A stretch of DNA of 63,097 nt, counting the filler, from Saprolegnia diclina VS20 (taxonomy: Eukaryota), in NCBI RefSeq assembly GCF_000281045.1. It is 4 parts of 2 records of this genome, joined end to end, with 100 filler letters (N's around TTAATTAATTAA, not from the genome) between each part and the next. Parts side by side here need not be neighbours in the genome. Positions count along the whole stretch, not along the records: positions 1 to 25,980 come from NW_008246068.1; positions 26,081 to 43,783 come from NW_008246069.1; 2 more parts are not named here. One strand, given 5' to 3'. Numbering within the stretch: the first letter of the stretch is position 1; every line of letters starts with the position of its first letter. The notes beneath the pieces were generated by a model. That model was not told the DNA's origin and ran no database searches. It worked only from the letters and a program-made list of their open reading frames with translations. Positions 21,966 to 32,190 of this stretch are shown here, piece by piece. The translations under genes and the position numbers were made by a program.

Positions 21966-22136
21966 AAGTAGCATAAGAACTATACACCATTGCGCAATAC
22001 TGTCCTTTCTACTAACGTTAGTACTAGAAGCTACTAGACCGACGTTGGAAGGCTTGGTTGATAGGGTTGAAGTTGGCGAGTGTACCCCGGGGCACCACCG
22101 AGTCAAACGATATTTTTTTTAGGCAGGCCGACGGCA

Positions 22137-23219
22137 ATGCTTCAGCAGCGCGCCCGCCGCCTTGGGCGCAGCGTCCTCTTCCTGCCTGGTACCAACGAGC
22201 GTCTCCATGGCCCTGCGTCAAGCACGACCTCTAGGCATCAATGCGCGAGCGCTTGAGAAGCTGCGCGTCCTGCCCTGCGACGCAGCGATTCTCGACCTCG
22301 AAGACGCCGTGGCGCCGCTCAAGAAGGCCGAGGCCCGAGCCCTCGTGTGCGCTGCAGCCACGCGCGGGTATGGTCCGTACAAGGAGGTCGCGATCCGCAT
22401 CAACCCGCTCGCGAGCGAGTGGGGCCAAGCGGACCTCGAGCAGGCCGTGCGCACGGGCGCGCACGCCGTCGTGGTGCCCAAGGTCGACTCGGCCGACGGC
22501 TTGCGCGAGGTGGCGACAGCCATGGACGCGCTGGATGCGCCGCCCGACATGGCGATCTGGGCCATGATCGAGACCCCGCTCGGCGTGCTCAACGTGCAGT
22601 CGATCGCCGCATCGCACCCGCGCTTGAGTGCGCTCGTCGCCGGCACCTCGGACTTGAGCAAGGTCCGCTAGACTCTGCATATCACTTAGCAAGTCGCATG
22701 TTTCCCTTAGGAGCTGCAGTGCACGACGACGCCGTGCCGGCATGCGCTCGTGCCAAGCTTGGCGATGATCCTCCTCGCTGCCCGCGCCCACCGCCTACGC
22801 GCGCTCGATGGCGTGCACTTGGACTTGGACAACTCGGCAGACTTTTTGGCGCAGCTGCGACAAGGCGTCGAGATGGGCTTTGACGGCAAGACGCTCATTC
22901 ATCCCAAGGTACCTTATACGCATGTATGGAACTGCTTATGGTCCTTACCTCGGCGGTGCAGACGATTGCCGCGACCAACGACGCCTTCTCGCCGACGTCC
23001 GACCAAGTCGACCACGCTGCCCAGGTGATTGCAGCGTACGACGAGGCGATTGCTGCTGGGAGCGGCATGGCGGTCCTCCACGGCAAGCTCATCGGTACGA
23101 CAGCTGCTACCAACGCATCCTCTCTGATGATCCTAGAAAACCTACACGTGGAATATGCGCGGGATATCCTCGCCAAGCACGCGCTCATTCAGGAGCAAAT
23201 CGCGACCTCCAAGCTCTAG
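22137..23219 (+). CDS. HpcH/HpaI aldolase / citrate lyase beta (CitE, malyl-CoA lyase/thioesterase-like), paralogue 1
   Basis: RSVLFLPG, ILDLEDAV, AIRINP, VVPKVDS, MIETPLGVLN, GTSDL, DGV, GFDGKTLIHP, GKLI/ENLHV across 5 exons. Confidence 0.92.
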
Positions 23220-23510
23220 ACGGACGAGGCATAGCTCTAAGACATAACAGTACTAGCTCCAAGTTCTGGGATGACAGCTCAGTACCATACACAGCACAGG
23301 CGACAGGTGTGGACACCTTGGTGATGTTGGCAGCTACGTCGCTCTGCTTCTTGGGCGCTCGCTGCATGACGACATCAAGCGCTTTATCCAGTTGGTGTCC
23401 GGGCGGATGCGCTCCTACTTGAAGTAGCCAAGACCTGGGATGCGAAAGTGCAAAGTGGCGACTGTGGAAGATTGCAAAATCTTGTCGAGATTCCGTATCT
23501 ACCGTCGTCC

Positions 23511-24507
23511 ATGGCACGTCTCGGTCGGCTCACGCGCAGTGTCCTTTTTGTGCCTGGTACATCGGTGTCTGCATCTAATGCTCATGGCCATGGGGCAGGC
23601 GTCAACACATCGCTCTTGCGCGACCTGCCGCGGCTCGCGTGCGATGCGGCCATGCTCGACCTCGAAGACGCCGTGGGCCCCGCCAAGAAACCCGAAGCGC
23701 GCGCCCTCGTCGCCGACGCGGTCACCGGCGGCCTCAGGGCTCACGCGGAGATCGCCGTGCGCATCAACCCGCTCGCGAGTGCGTGGGGCGCCGCCGACCT
23801 CGCCCGCGCCGTCGCTGCAGGTACGTCGCGTCGTCCCATGGCCTCGCTGTTTCCTGGTGTCTAGGCGCCGACGCGATCGTTGTGCCCAAGGTTGACTCGG
23901 CGGCCATCGTGGCCGAGGTCGCGGCCGCCATGGACGCCCAGGGCGCGCCCCCGACCATGGGGATCTGGGCCATGATCGAGACGCCGCGCGGTGTTCTCAA
24001 CGTCGAGTCCATCGCGTCCTCGCACCCACGTCTAAGTACCCTTGTTGCCGGCACGTCCGACTTGAGCAAGGTCCGTCCTGCCGCTTCTCGTCGCGCTTAG
24101 TATGGTTTCAGGAGCTCCGCATCGAGCTGACGCCGTGTCGCCACGCGCTTGTGCCGAGCCTCGCGATGATCGTCCTCGCTGCGCGCGCCTACGACTTGGC
24201 AGCGATCGACGGTGTGCACTTTGACGTCCACCAAGTCGCTGCATTTGACGCGCAGCTGCGCCATGGCGTCGAGATGGGTTTCGACGGCAAGACGCTCATG
24301 CATGCGTCGGTGCGTCACGTCTTGTTGCTCGTAAGGAGACGCGGTGATCTCTGTAGACGATCGACAAGACAAACGCGGCCTTCTCGCCGACGCCGGCCCA
24401 ACTGCAGTACGCTATTGACGTCGTGGCAGCCCACAAAGATGCCATCGAGACCGGCGCCGGTGTCGTCGTTCTCAACGGCAAGCTCATCGGTGCGTCCGAC
24501 TTGGTAG
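23511..24507 (+). CDS. CitE/malyl-CoA lyase-like paralogue 2; 3' end lost in gap
   Basis: RSVLFVPG, MLDLEDAV, VRINP, PKVDS, MIETPRGVLN, GFDGKTLMH, NGKLI, then N-gap. Confidence 0.88.
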
Positions 24508-25980
24508 NNNNNNNNNNNNNNNNNNNNNNNNNNNNNNNNNNNNNNNNNNNNNNNNNNNNNNNNNNNNNNNNNNNNNNNNNNNNNNNNNNNNNNNNNNNNN
24601 NNNNNNNCCGAGGTGTCTAGTTGAGTGGATTGGAGCCGCCTGACCTATGTCACCGGTAGTACCAACGTGATCGCCATCAATTATCGACTGAGGTAGGACA
24701 ATAACAAGTCTCCGTCACCATATGTAGTGTAATAATTGGTGACGCAGACGCGTACAGATAACGACAACCAAACTGGGCCACAGTGGTACCATGAATAAAA
24801 ATGAGCCCGCAGAGGCATCCAAGTCAAATGCAAATAAGTACGCATTTCTACCAATCACAGCGCGTCTTTGGTGAATCATGGGAAAAACTATCGCAGTCAT
24901 CTGATTGGCCAAAATGATCAATAATCAGCACATTTGATTGGTTTCCCGCCTTTTTAAATTGGAGGCTGTCAGTTGCTGACTGCCATGCGCATGCGGTGCA
25001 TTCACGTTGCTTGTACCGAGGACGACGGTCTTCTGCATGATGTGTGGCGGACTTGCGCACGTAGCGCGCACAATGCCACACTTCGAATCGTCGCAGCGGA
25101 CGTGCTGGCCCCCGCCGCGGCGTGTCCAAACGCACAACGCACTGCGGCCTGCAACCCCAGAGCACCCCAGAGTCGGTTTGCATCCATTCTGCAGCCGTAT
25201 GCTGGCGTCCCTTCTCTTGAGTACCACACCAGGTACCACACTTCTAGTATAGTAAAACATAGCTGAATTGGGAAAGTTCCACCTACGTAACACAGAAACG
25301 CTATCCTATTCCCTCCTGTTATCCAACGATTGTTGAAGGAAGCCCATCTTGGCAACCCGCGTCCAGGATATCGACTCTAGGGTACTTCGTGCTTGATAGT
25401 CAAATTCTGGCTCGGACTTGTCTAGCCGACCCCATCAAGTACTGCAGCATGCGTGCCTTTGCCAAGGCGCAGAGCTTCCCGAAGGAGACATTTCCCAGAT
25501 GCGTCGAGCGCTAGGAGGAATACTTCAACGTGGACCACCCAGGCAAACCGATGTTTGTCCCAAGCTCTTCCCTAGAATTGGGGCAAACGGATGGGACAAA
25601 CCATTGATAGGTTCAATTAGACAGCTTTTTGACCAATCAGAGGCTCGGGTTCTTAGTGGTACCAAAAACCATGTGGTATTTAAATTCTTTTCTTAAACGG
25701 GCAGGAGCGGCCCCCCGATACAATTCTCCATATACTTCGATGTACCACTGTGGCCCAGTTTCGTTGTCGTTATCTGTAATAAACTTCTTCACCTGACATT
25801 CATTTCGTCATGATCGGGCCGAGTTGTCGATATTGAGCCAGCCTCTCATCCTTCGTTTATCGTATGGAGCAGATGTAGTACAGTGTATTAAAAGCCCTGA
25901 AAGCACTGGTCGTAGCCAGGCATCTTGGACTCGAACGCGCCCATGGGCGAGACGCGCTCCCAGACGCGCTCGACGGGCAG

Positions 25981-26080
25981 NNNNNNNNNNNNNNNNNNNN
26001 NNNNNNNNNNNNNNNNNNNNNNNNTTAATTAATTAANNNNNNNNNNNNNNNNNNNNNNNNNNNNNNNNNNNNNNNNNNNN
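25981..26080. other. Assembly gap with artificial TTAATTAATTAA six-frame-stop linker (also at 43784-43883 and 60842-60941)
   Basis: Identical 44N + TTAATTAATTAA + 44N layout occurs three times. Confidence 0.95.
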
Positions 26081-28747
26081 CGGCTCGTGACCACTGTCGT
26101 GTCCGGCGCTGCATCTACGGTGGAGCTTGGAGCATCCGGCGACGAGTCCAGCTGCAGCAGAAACCGCACGGATTTTTGACGCAGTGACGTCGTGCGGAGT
26201 AGTGACACAGATGGTGCGGCATGGGACTCGGGATTTGAAGTGTGGCAGGGCGACACGTCGATCGCAACGACATGGCTTTGGCGCGGCGCTGTACCACGTG
26301 ACAAGAGAAGCCAGAGCTTGGCGTCAAAGATATACGTCGTCGCTCCGATATGAAAGCAAACGAACCCGCTCATGACGCCAACCGCGGCGTCCATAGTCCA
26401 AACATCACTACTGGGCGAGAGAAAGGTTGCGGCGCCGGCTGATACAAGATACGGAACCTGACGTGGCGCGGCTGCCGGGCGACCTACCACCACATACGAC
26501 ACAGCCAAAGCGACCGCGTTGACGCCGAGCAGCTCGATGGCGCGTGCCACTGAGCCAATTGACACGGTGCCGCGCGAGCACTTGTAGCCGACGTCCATAA
26601 AGATAGGAACACAGCGACGCTCCATTGCCGTGTCGACCTGAGGCGGTGCCAACGTGTCGAGGCACACGATACCGAGCCAGACCAGCCACGAGCAGAGGAC
26701 GGCAGCGTTTCGTGCGCGGTGCGGGGCCAGCACAAGCAGAATATCGTTGCAAACCACCGTGGCCCAGACGGCTTCAAAGGCGAGGATCATGGAGTCGATG
26801 AGCGATCGTGGGCCAAACACAAAGCGCCCAATACCGTTGTCGCCGTTAAAGACAAGAGGCACAGTGCAGAGGGCCGCTAGTGCGGCGGTCGCGCGCAAGA
26901 GCAAGAGCGGTCGCCCGACCCAGACAGGGCCAGCGACCCGAAGAAACTGAACAAAATCGTTGGGTGCCGCGGACGCCGTGTGGAATACGGTGACGGCAGC
27001 GACACACAGAAAGAGACACGTCGTAATGCCACATACAGCGTAGAAGTACCGACACGATTTCACAGGCACTTCGAGTCCGTTGGCTGCAAACGGGATAGGG
27101 TCCACTGGCTCGGAGAGGATGTTGAAGGTTGCGACGTCGCCTTGAAACGACACGACTTCGCGGATGCCGATGGCCCACTCGTAGAGTGCCACGTACCCAA
27201 AGAAGTCCCAGTCGCCGCTGCCAAGCATGGGCTGCTCGAGGATGACAAAGGTCGTGGCTTGCGTCACGGCCATTTGAATGATGCCAATCTCCATCAGCTG
27301 GACGTCGGTCGCGGCTGCTGCAACGTCTGCTGCGGAGAGAGCACTTTTCAACGTTTTGGCCACGGGTCCAACGGCTGCCTCGAGACTCGAGCACACTGCT
27401 ACTGTCGCCACGCTGCACAACGAGCATGGGTTTCGCGTAAGCGACATCGCGCTGGCAGCAAACACTGCAGCCATTCGGTCGATCACGAGTCGACTTGGCA
27501 CTTGCGCGGTGCACGTATCCTCAAACGAGAAGGACGGCTGGACAAAGGTCGCGCCAGCGCCATAGAGGCATGTGGGATTCCCCCCAAAGTACGTACTGTA
27601 GTTGGTCGACTGCCACGCCAACGGTATCGGGTCCAGAAGCGTTGTTGCGGGAAGCGCCTCGAACGCTTCTCGAAGCGATCGGTTGGCTTGAATGGCGAGA
27701 ATATGCGCAGAGTGGAACGACGTCACGGCCGCCAGTAGCGACGGCGGTGGCGCCAGCAAGTAGAGATCGATCGACATGAGAGGACCGAGGTTGTCGTGTA
27801 AGAGGACGCTGGCTTGTGTGTATGGGTATAAACCACTGTACAGCTCAATTGTGGTGTCTCCCATGTAGTTGGGTGCGCTTCGTACGGTGGTACTGTTGGT
27901 GACAACCGCCGTGTAAATGTCCAAGTTGAACGTGGGGCTGAGCACACCCGTCGTCGACTTGGTGCTGCGGTCCACGTACGAGATGACTGTGATCGTGAGG
28001 TCTTGGCGCCACCCAAACGCATTGAGAATCGAAATGGTATCGTGCAGCCCGATCTGAACGTCGTTGGCCCATTGTCGCTGGTAGACGTCGATAGCGTGGG
28101 TGCGCCAAAGGGCTGCTTCCGCTCCCACCGATGTGCTTGGATTCCGGACACTTGCCCACCACGCGACACCGCCCGGCATCATTGCGATCGATTTCAGTAG
28201 CGTATACTCGAACGCTGCACCGAGAAGCGGGTACCAAGCCGCCCAGTCCACGTTGCGCAAATACGTTTCAAGGTAGGTACACGGCGCCGTTGGAACGATA
28301 CGCCTTTTGACAGCGGGCTTGTCGAGCGGCCGTGTGGCCGACCTCCCAGCGCTGCTCGAAGTCGGCCCAGCAGTGAATCGTATTGACAAATCCACCGGGA
28401 TACAGCGTCCGAAGTGCGACAATTGCGCTTTCCAAAGTGGCGTAGGGCAGCGACGCCAGTGTCCGTGGGTATGTATGTGTGGCAACCGCCATCGTCGTCG
28501 ACAGACCGTACGTCTTGAGGATGGCGTGGCGGGGAGCCGTGAGATCCAGCGACGTTGTTGCCTCCGAACGTTCGAGCTGCTTGTGAATGACGTCAATGAG
28601 ATACGTCTGCGCACCGGACGGAGCAAAATTTGGCCAGAAAAAATCGTTGGCAAGTGTCGGCGCGACGATATCGAGGAACCAGACACTCAACCCAAGCGAC
28701 GCGCCGAGATGGACGAGCCCTAGTGCGCGCTGGACATTGATGTGCAT
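26081..28747 (-). pseudogene. Large oomycete-type multi-TM protein gene, frameshifted at about 28271-28278; 3' end in gap
   Basis: Frame 1: LANDFFWPNF...GAQTYLID...WEVGHTAARQARC...NGAVYL. Frame 2 resumes YLETYLRNVDW...GGNPTC...YEWAIGIREVVSFQGD...VWVGRPLLLLRA. The junction carries a duplicated TACC. Confidence 0.75.
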
Positions 28748-30112
28748 CGCAGGCGCGAAAAGTCTATCAGTGGCTTTTCGCAAAACGTTACTGCAGACTT
28801 AGAGAGGCGCCGAAACTCCGGTTACATTGTCTTCGAACTTCGTATATCGTAGCTGCTTCGATCTTCAGCTCAGTACGTGGCAGTGTGGCGAAATACCAGT
28901 GGTGTTCATAACCAACATCAAACACCCTTTGCTGGTAGGAGCTGTTTAACCGCAGTTTAACCATTACCCAGTAAAACCGGAAAACCGTAAAACCGATGTT
29001 CCGCAACACGATTTGTGGTGGCCTGCCACAACAATCGGTTCTTAGTTGCGTCAACGACGTGTGGCCAAAGATGCCTCAAGTAGTTGACAACAGAGCATGA
29101 TGCGGCAGGTGAACGCGCACATTTGGCATCAGCATCATCGAGGTTAGGGTACGAGCTGGTGAACCTATGCCGGTCGACATCGTCACACCGAGCTGCGATT
29201 CTATCGATGCGCGCAGCGCCAATCCCGAGCGTAGCGTGTGCACTTGCGATAGTGCTTGGCAGCGTGGTAGGATAATGTGCGCGATAGCGCAATGTACGAG
29301 CGTAGCGAGTGCATTTGGTATCGTTGGGGCCTGCTGCGATAGCGCGGGACCTCAATACTACGCGTGGTGTTAGATCAATGAGTTAGATCGCGATGTTAGG
29401 ATCGTATCTGGATGTTACGTTTGCTTTGCAGGTTTCTATTGCAATTCGCGCGTCAAGCACAGAGCAGAAGATCCGATCATGGTGCGGACGCCAGTTTGGG
29501 GCAGTGTATGTTGAGCATTAATGCGCATGATCCCGTCCACCGAAGCGTCCAAACTACGTCACACATAATACACGATTCCTCCGCCAGATTGCATGCTACC
29601 CAATGCAAAACCTCAACCAAAGAGCTCGACCAAAACCTGCCCCAAGAAAACACAAGGTTAACCCTAGTCATCCCATTGAAAGCACGACACAAGCATGTGT
29701 TAAATGAGTCGTCGGCCGCTGTGCCCCCCGATGCCCTGTACTTGCAGCCGGACAAAGTTGTTAGTACAGTAGTCGGTTACTTATCTCGATGACCTCAAGA
29801 AACGGCGCAGCCTTGCCGCCGATGGCGACGCCTGGAAGGGCTTTATGAAGCATGTCATCATGGGCCTCACTCGTGACCACAAGCGCCACTACAGAAGACC
29901 AAGACGAGCCCCCGGACCGCTGCCTGTTGTAGTGGGAACTGTCGTGGTGGAGTTGGCTGCTGAAAATGATTTGCGCGCAAGATATAATGCAGTTCGCAAG
30001 TCTAGACTCAATATTACTATGAAAATTAAAACGTAAGAATAAACTACCATGTTGAAGTTGGTTTGGCCAATCAAACGCTCGATCGCGAATCTTGACACTG
30101 GCCACAGTGGCC

Positions 30113-31876
30113 ATGCTGCGGCGAAGAGCGCTCGTCGTTGTGCTCACGGGCCTCGCCAGCAGCGTCAATGCCGCGTACGACGTCATTGTCATTGGCAGCG
30201 GTCCCGGCGGCCTCGTCGCGGCCGAGTACCTGACGCGCGATCCGGACGTCCAGCTCTTGTTGCTCGAAGCCGGCGGGCCTTCAGTGCGCGCGACGGGTGG
30301 CAACGACGTGCCATCGTACGCCGCCACCGCCGGACTCACGCGCTTTGATATCCCCGGCGAGTACACGAGCGTGGCCTTTCAGCCCAGCAGCGTGTATCGT
30401 CCCGACTGGATCGCATCGCCAGCGACGTACATTGGCAAGGTCGTTGGCGGCTCGTCGTCGCTCAATGGGATGCTCTACTTCCGCCCCTCGGACGATTACG
30501 TTGCGAGTGCTTCGTGGCCCAACGACATCGCCGAGGTCCAAGCCGGCTTTGCAGCGATTGAAGCCCACTTCAACTACACGTCGACGCCCTCGACCGACAA
30601 GAAGCGGTACCTTCAGGAAGCTTACACGATCCTCGCCAGCAGCTTCTCGGCGCACGGCTTTAGCGAAAAACCGGATCTCAACGCAGTCGCCGCGCGCAAT
30701 CGCAAGGCCAAGACGTTCGGGCACCCGCCGTTCGCGATCAACGACGGCCTGCGCGCGTCGCCAGCCGCCACGCTCGTCGCCACGCTCAACGGTCGCCCCA
30801 ATTTTACACTCCGCACGTTTGCTACGGTGCAGCACATTGTACATGTCTCGGGTACGGCCTCCAGTGTGGTGTACATGACATCGTCGGGGCAAGCTACCGC
30901 GGCCCTCACGTCGCGGGGTGTCGTCCTATTGGCGGCCGGCGCGCTCAGCACCCCCAAAGTACTCATCCAGAGCAACATTGGTCCGCGCGCGCAGCTGACG
31001 CTTCTTCACATGACGCCGTCATTGGTACGAGACGCGGTGACGCAGGACGCATCGACGTGGGTGCTCAACGAGAACGTCGGCGGCTCGCTCTTTGACACGG
31101 CCGAAGTGATGCTGACACTCGATCACCCGGAGATGGTCACATACACGCACGGATCCCCGAGCGCGAGCGAGCTCTCGCTCTTTCTTTTGCAGCGATCGGG
31201 GCCGTACGCCAGTCCCGACCCCGTGTTCATCGGGTATGACGACGTGCTCATCAACGGTCGGCGCTACGAGTGCCAAATCACCGGCTTTTGCCACGGCTTC
31301 CAGAGTGGCGCTTCGTCCACCAACTATGGTCTTGCGATATATCTCAACAACCCACAGTCGCGCGACGCGGCGGCGTTCGCACCGGACGGAGCGTGGCGCG
31401 GCGACAGCGCCAAGTCGCTGTACCTCAGGATCGCTGACGACGCAGCCGCCCTCGGCCAGTGTACGACCAACGTCCTTGCAATGCTGTCGCAAGCCAACTC
31501 GACGCCGGTCGTGCCGGATACCAAGGCCAATGTCTCGCAGTGGACGACGACGCACGTGGCCGGGACGAATCACTATGGCGGCAGCTGCTACGCGTCGCGC
31601 GACGACCGCGACGACCGCCGGTGCAGCGATGGCCAGCTCCGCGTGCGTGGCACGCGCAACATCTACCTCGGCGACGCTAGCGTCATGAAGGAAGGGACGG
31701 TCAATCCATGCGGGTGGGTCATGTACGTCGGGTACCAAGCAGCCGTCAACATTCGAGCTCAGTGGGGTACACCCATGCCGCTGACATCTGCGCCCTTGAC
31801 GCCGTCGGCAGCAGCGTCATTCGCATTTGTCAGCACCAGCGTACTGACGCTGTGGTCGCTAGGGGCGGTATATTAA
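30113..31876 (+). CDS. Secreted GMC oxidoreductase (cellobiose-dehydrogenase-like flavin domain, AA3), probable GPI anchor
   Basis: Signal peptide, YDVIVIGSGPGG (FAD binding), GKVVGGSSSLNGMLY, NHYGGSC (catalytic His), GTVNP (His/Asn pair), Ser/Ala linker and hydrophobic C-terminal tail. Confidence 0.9.
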   Translation: MLRRRALVVVLTGLASSVNAAYDVIVIGSGPGGLVAAEYLTRDPDVQLLLLEAGGPSVRATGGNDVPSYAATAGLTRFDIPGEYTSVAFQPSSVYRPDWIASPATYIGKVVGGSSSLNGMLYFRPSDDYVASASWPNDIAEVQAGFAAIEAHFNYTSTPSTDKKRYLQEAYTILASSFSAHGFSEKPDLNAVAARNRKAKTFGHPPFAINDGLRASPAATLVATLNGRPNFTLRTFATVQHIVHVSGTASSVVYMTSSGQATAALTSRGVVLLAAGALSTPKVLIQSNIGPRAQLTLLHMTPSLVRDAVTQDASTWVLNENVGGSLFDTAEVMLTLDHPEMVTYTHGSPSASELSLFLLQRSGPYASPDPVFIGYDDVLINGRRYECQITGFCHGFQSGASSTNYGLAIYLNNPQSRDAAAFAPDGAWRGDSAKSLYLRIADDAAALGQCTTNVLAMLSQANSTPVVPDTKANVSQWTTTHVAGTNHYGGSCYASRDDRDDRRCSDGQLRVRGTRNIYLGDASVMKEGTVNPCGWVMYVGYQAAVNIRAQWGTPMPLTSAPLTPSAAASFAFVSTSVLTLWSLGAVY

Positions 31877-32190
31877 CCTAACAAGTGGTATATCAGCGTG
31901 TAGCTTGTCTTACGACCCTTCGCTGTGGTGCTACTACGATATACGGTGAGCACTGGCCAACATTAGTAGATGATTCTTCAGGAGCAACTACCTAGGCCTT
32001 ACCACTATCTAAGCTCCGGCTCGGCGGCGTACTACCTGCTGCTATTGCCGGCTTCAGCGGCCTCGACACCATCCTGTCGTAGGCGTCGTCGGTCGCCGGC
32101 GTGGTGGGATCGGAGTTGGCGCCATTTTTGATGTCGGATCCGGATACGGTTTCGCGCATCCGGATAACGGGTTTCCATGCCGGGCAGACG

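Noticed and set aside
23441..23460. Antisense-facing INR/FPR-like motif between the CitE paralogues
   Set aside because: No credible ATG-led gene downstream; the motif is short and degenerate.
26025..26036. TTAATTAATTAA palindrome (also 43828-43839 and 60886-60897)
   Set aside because: Centred in 100-nt N blocks with stops in all six frames; an assembly linker, not biology.
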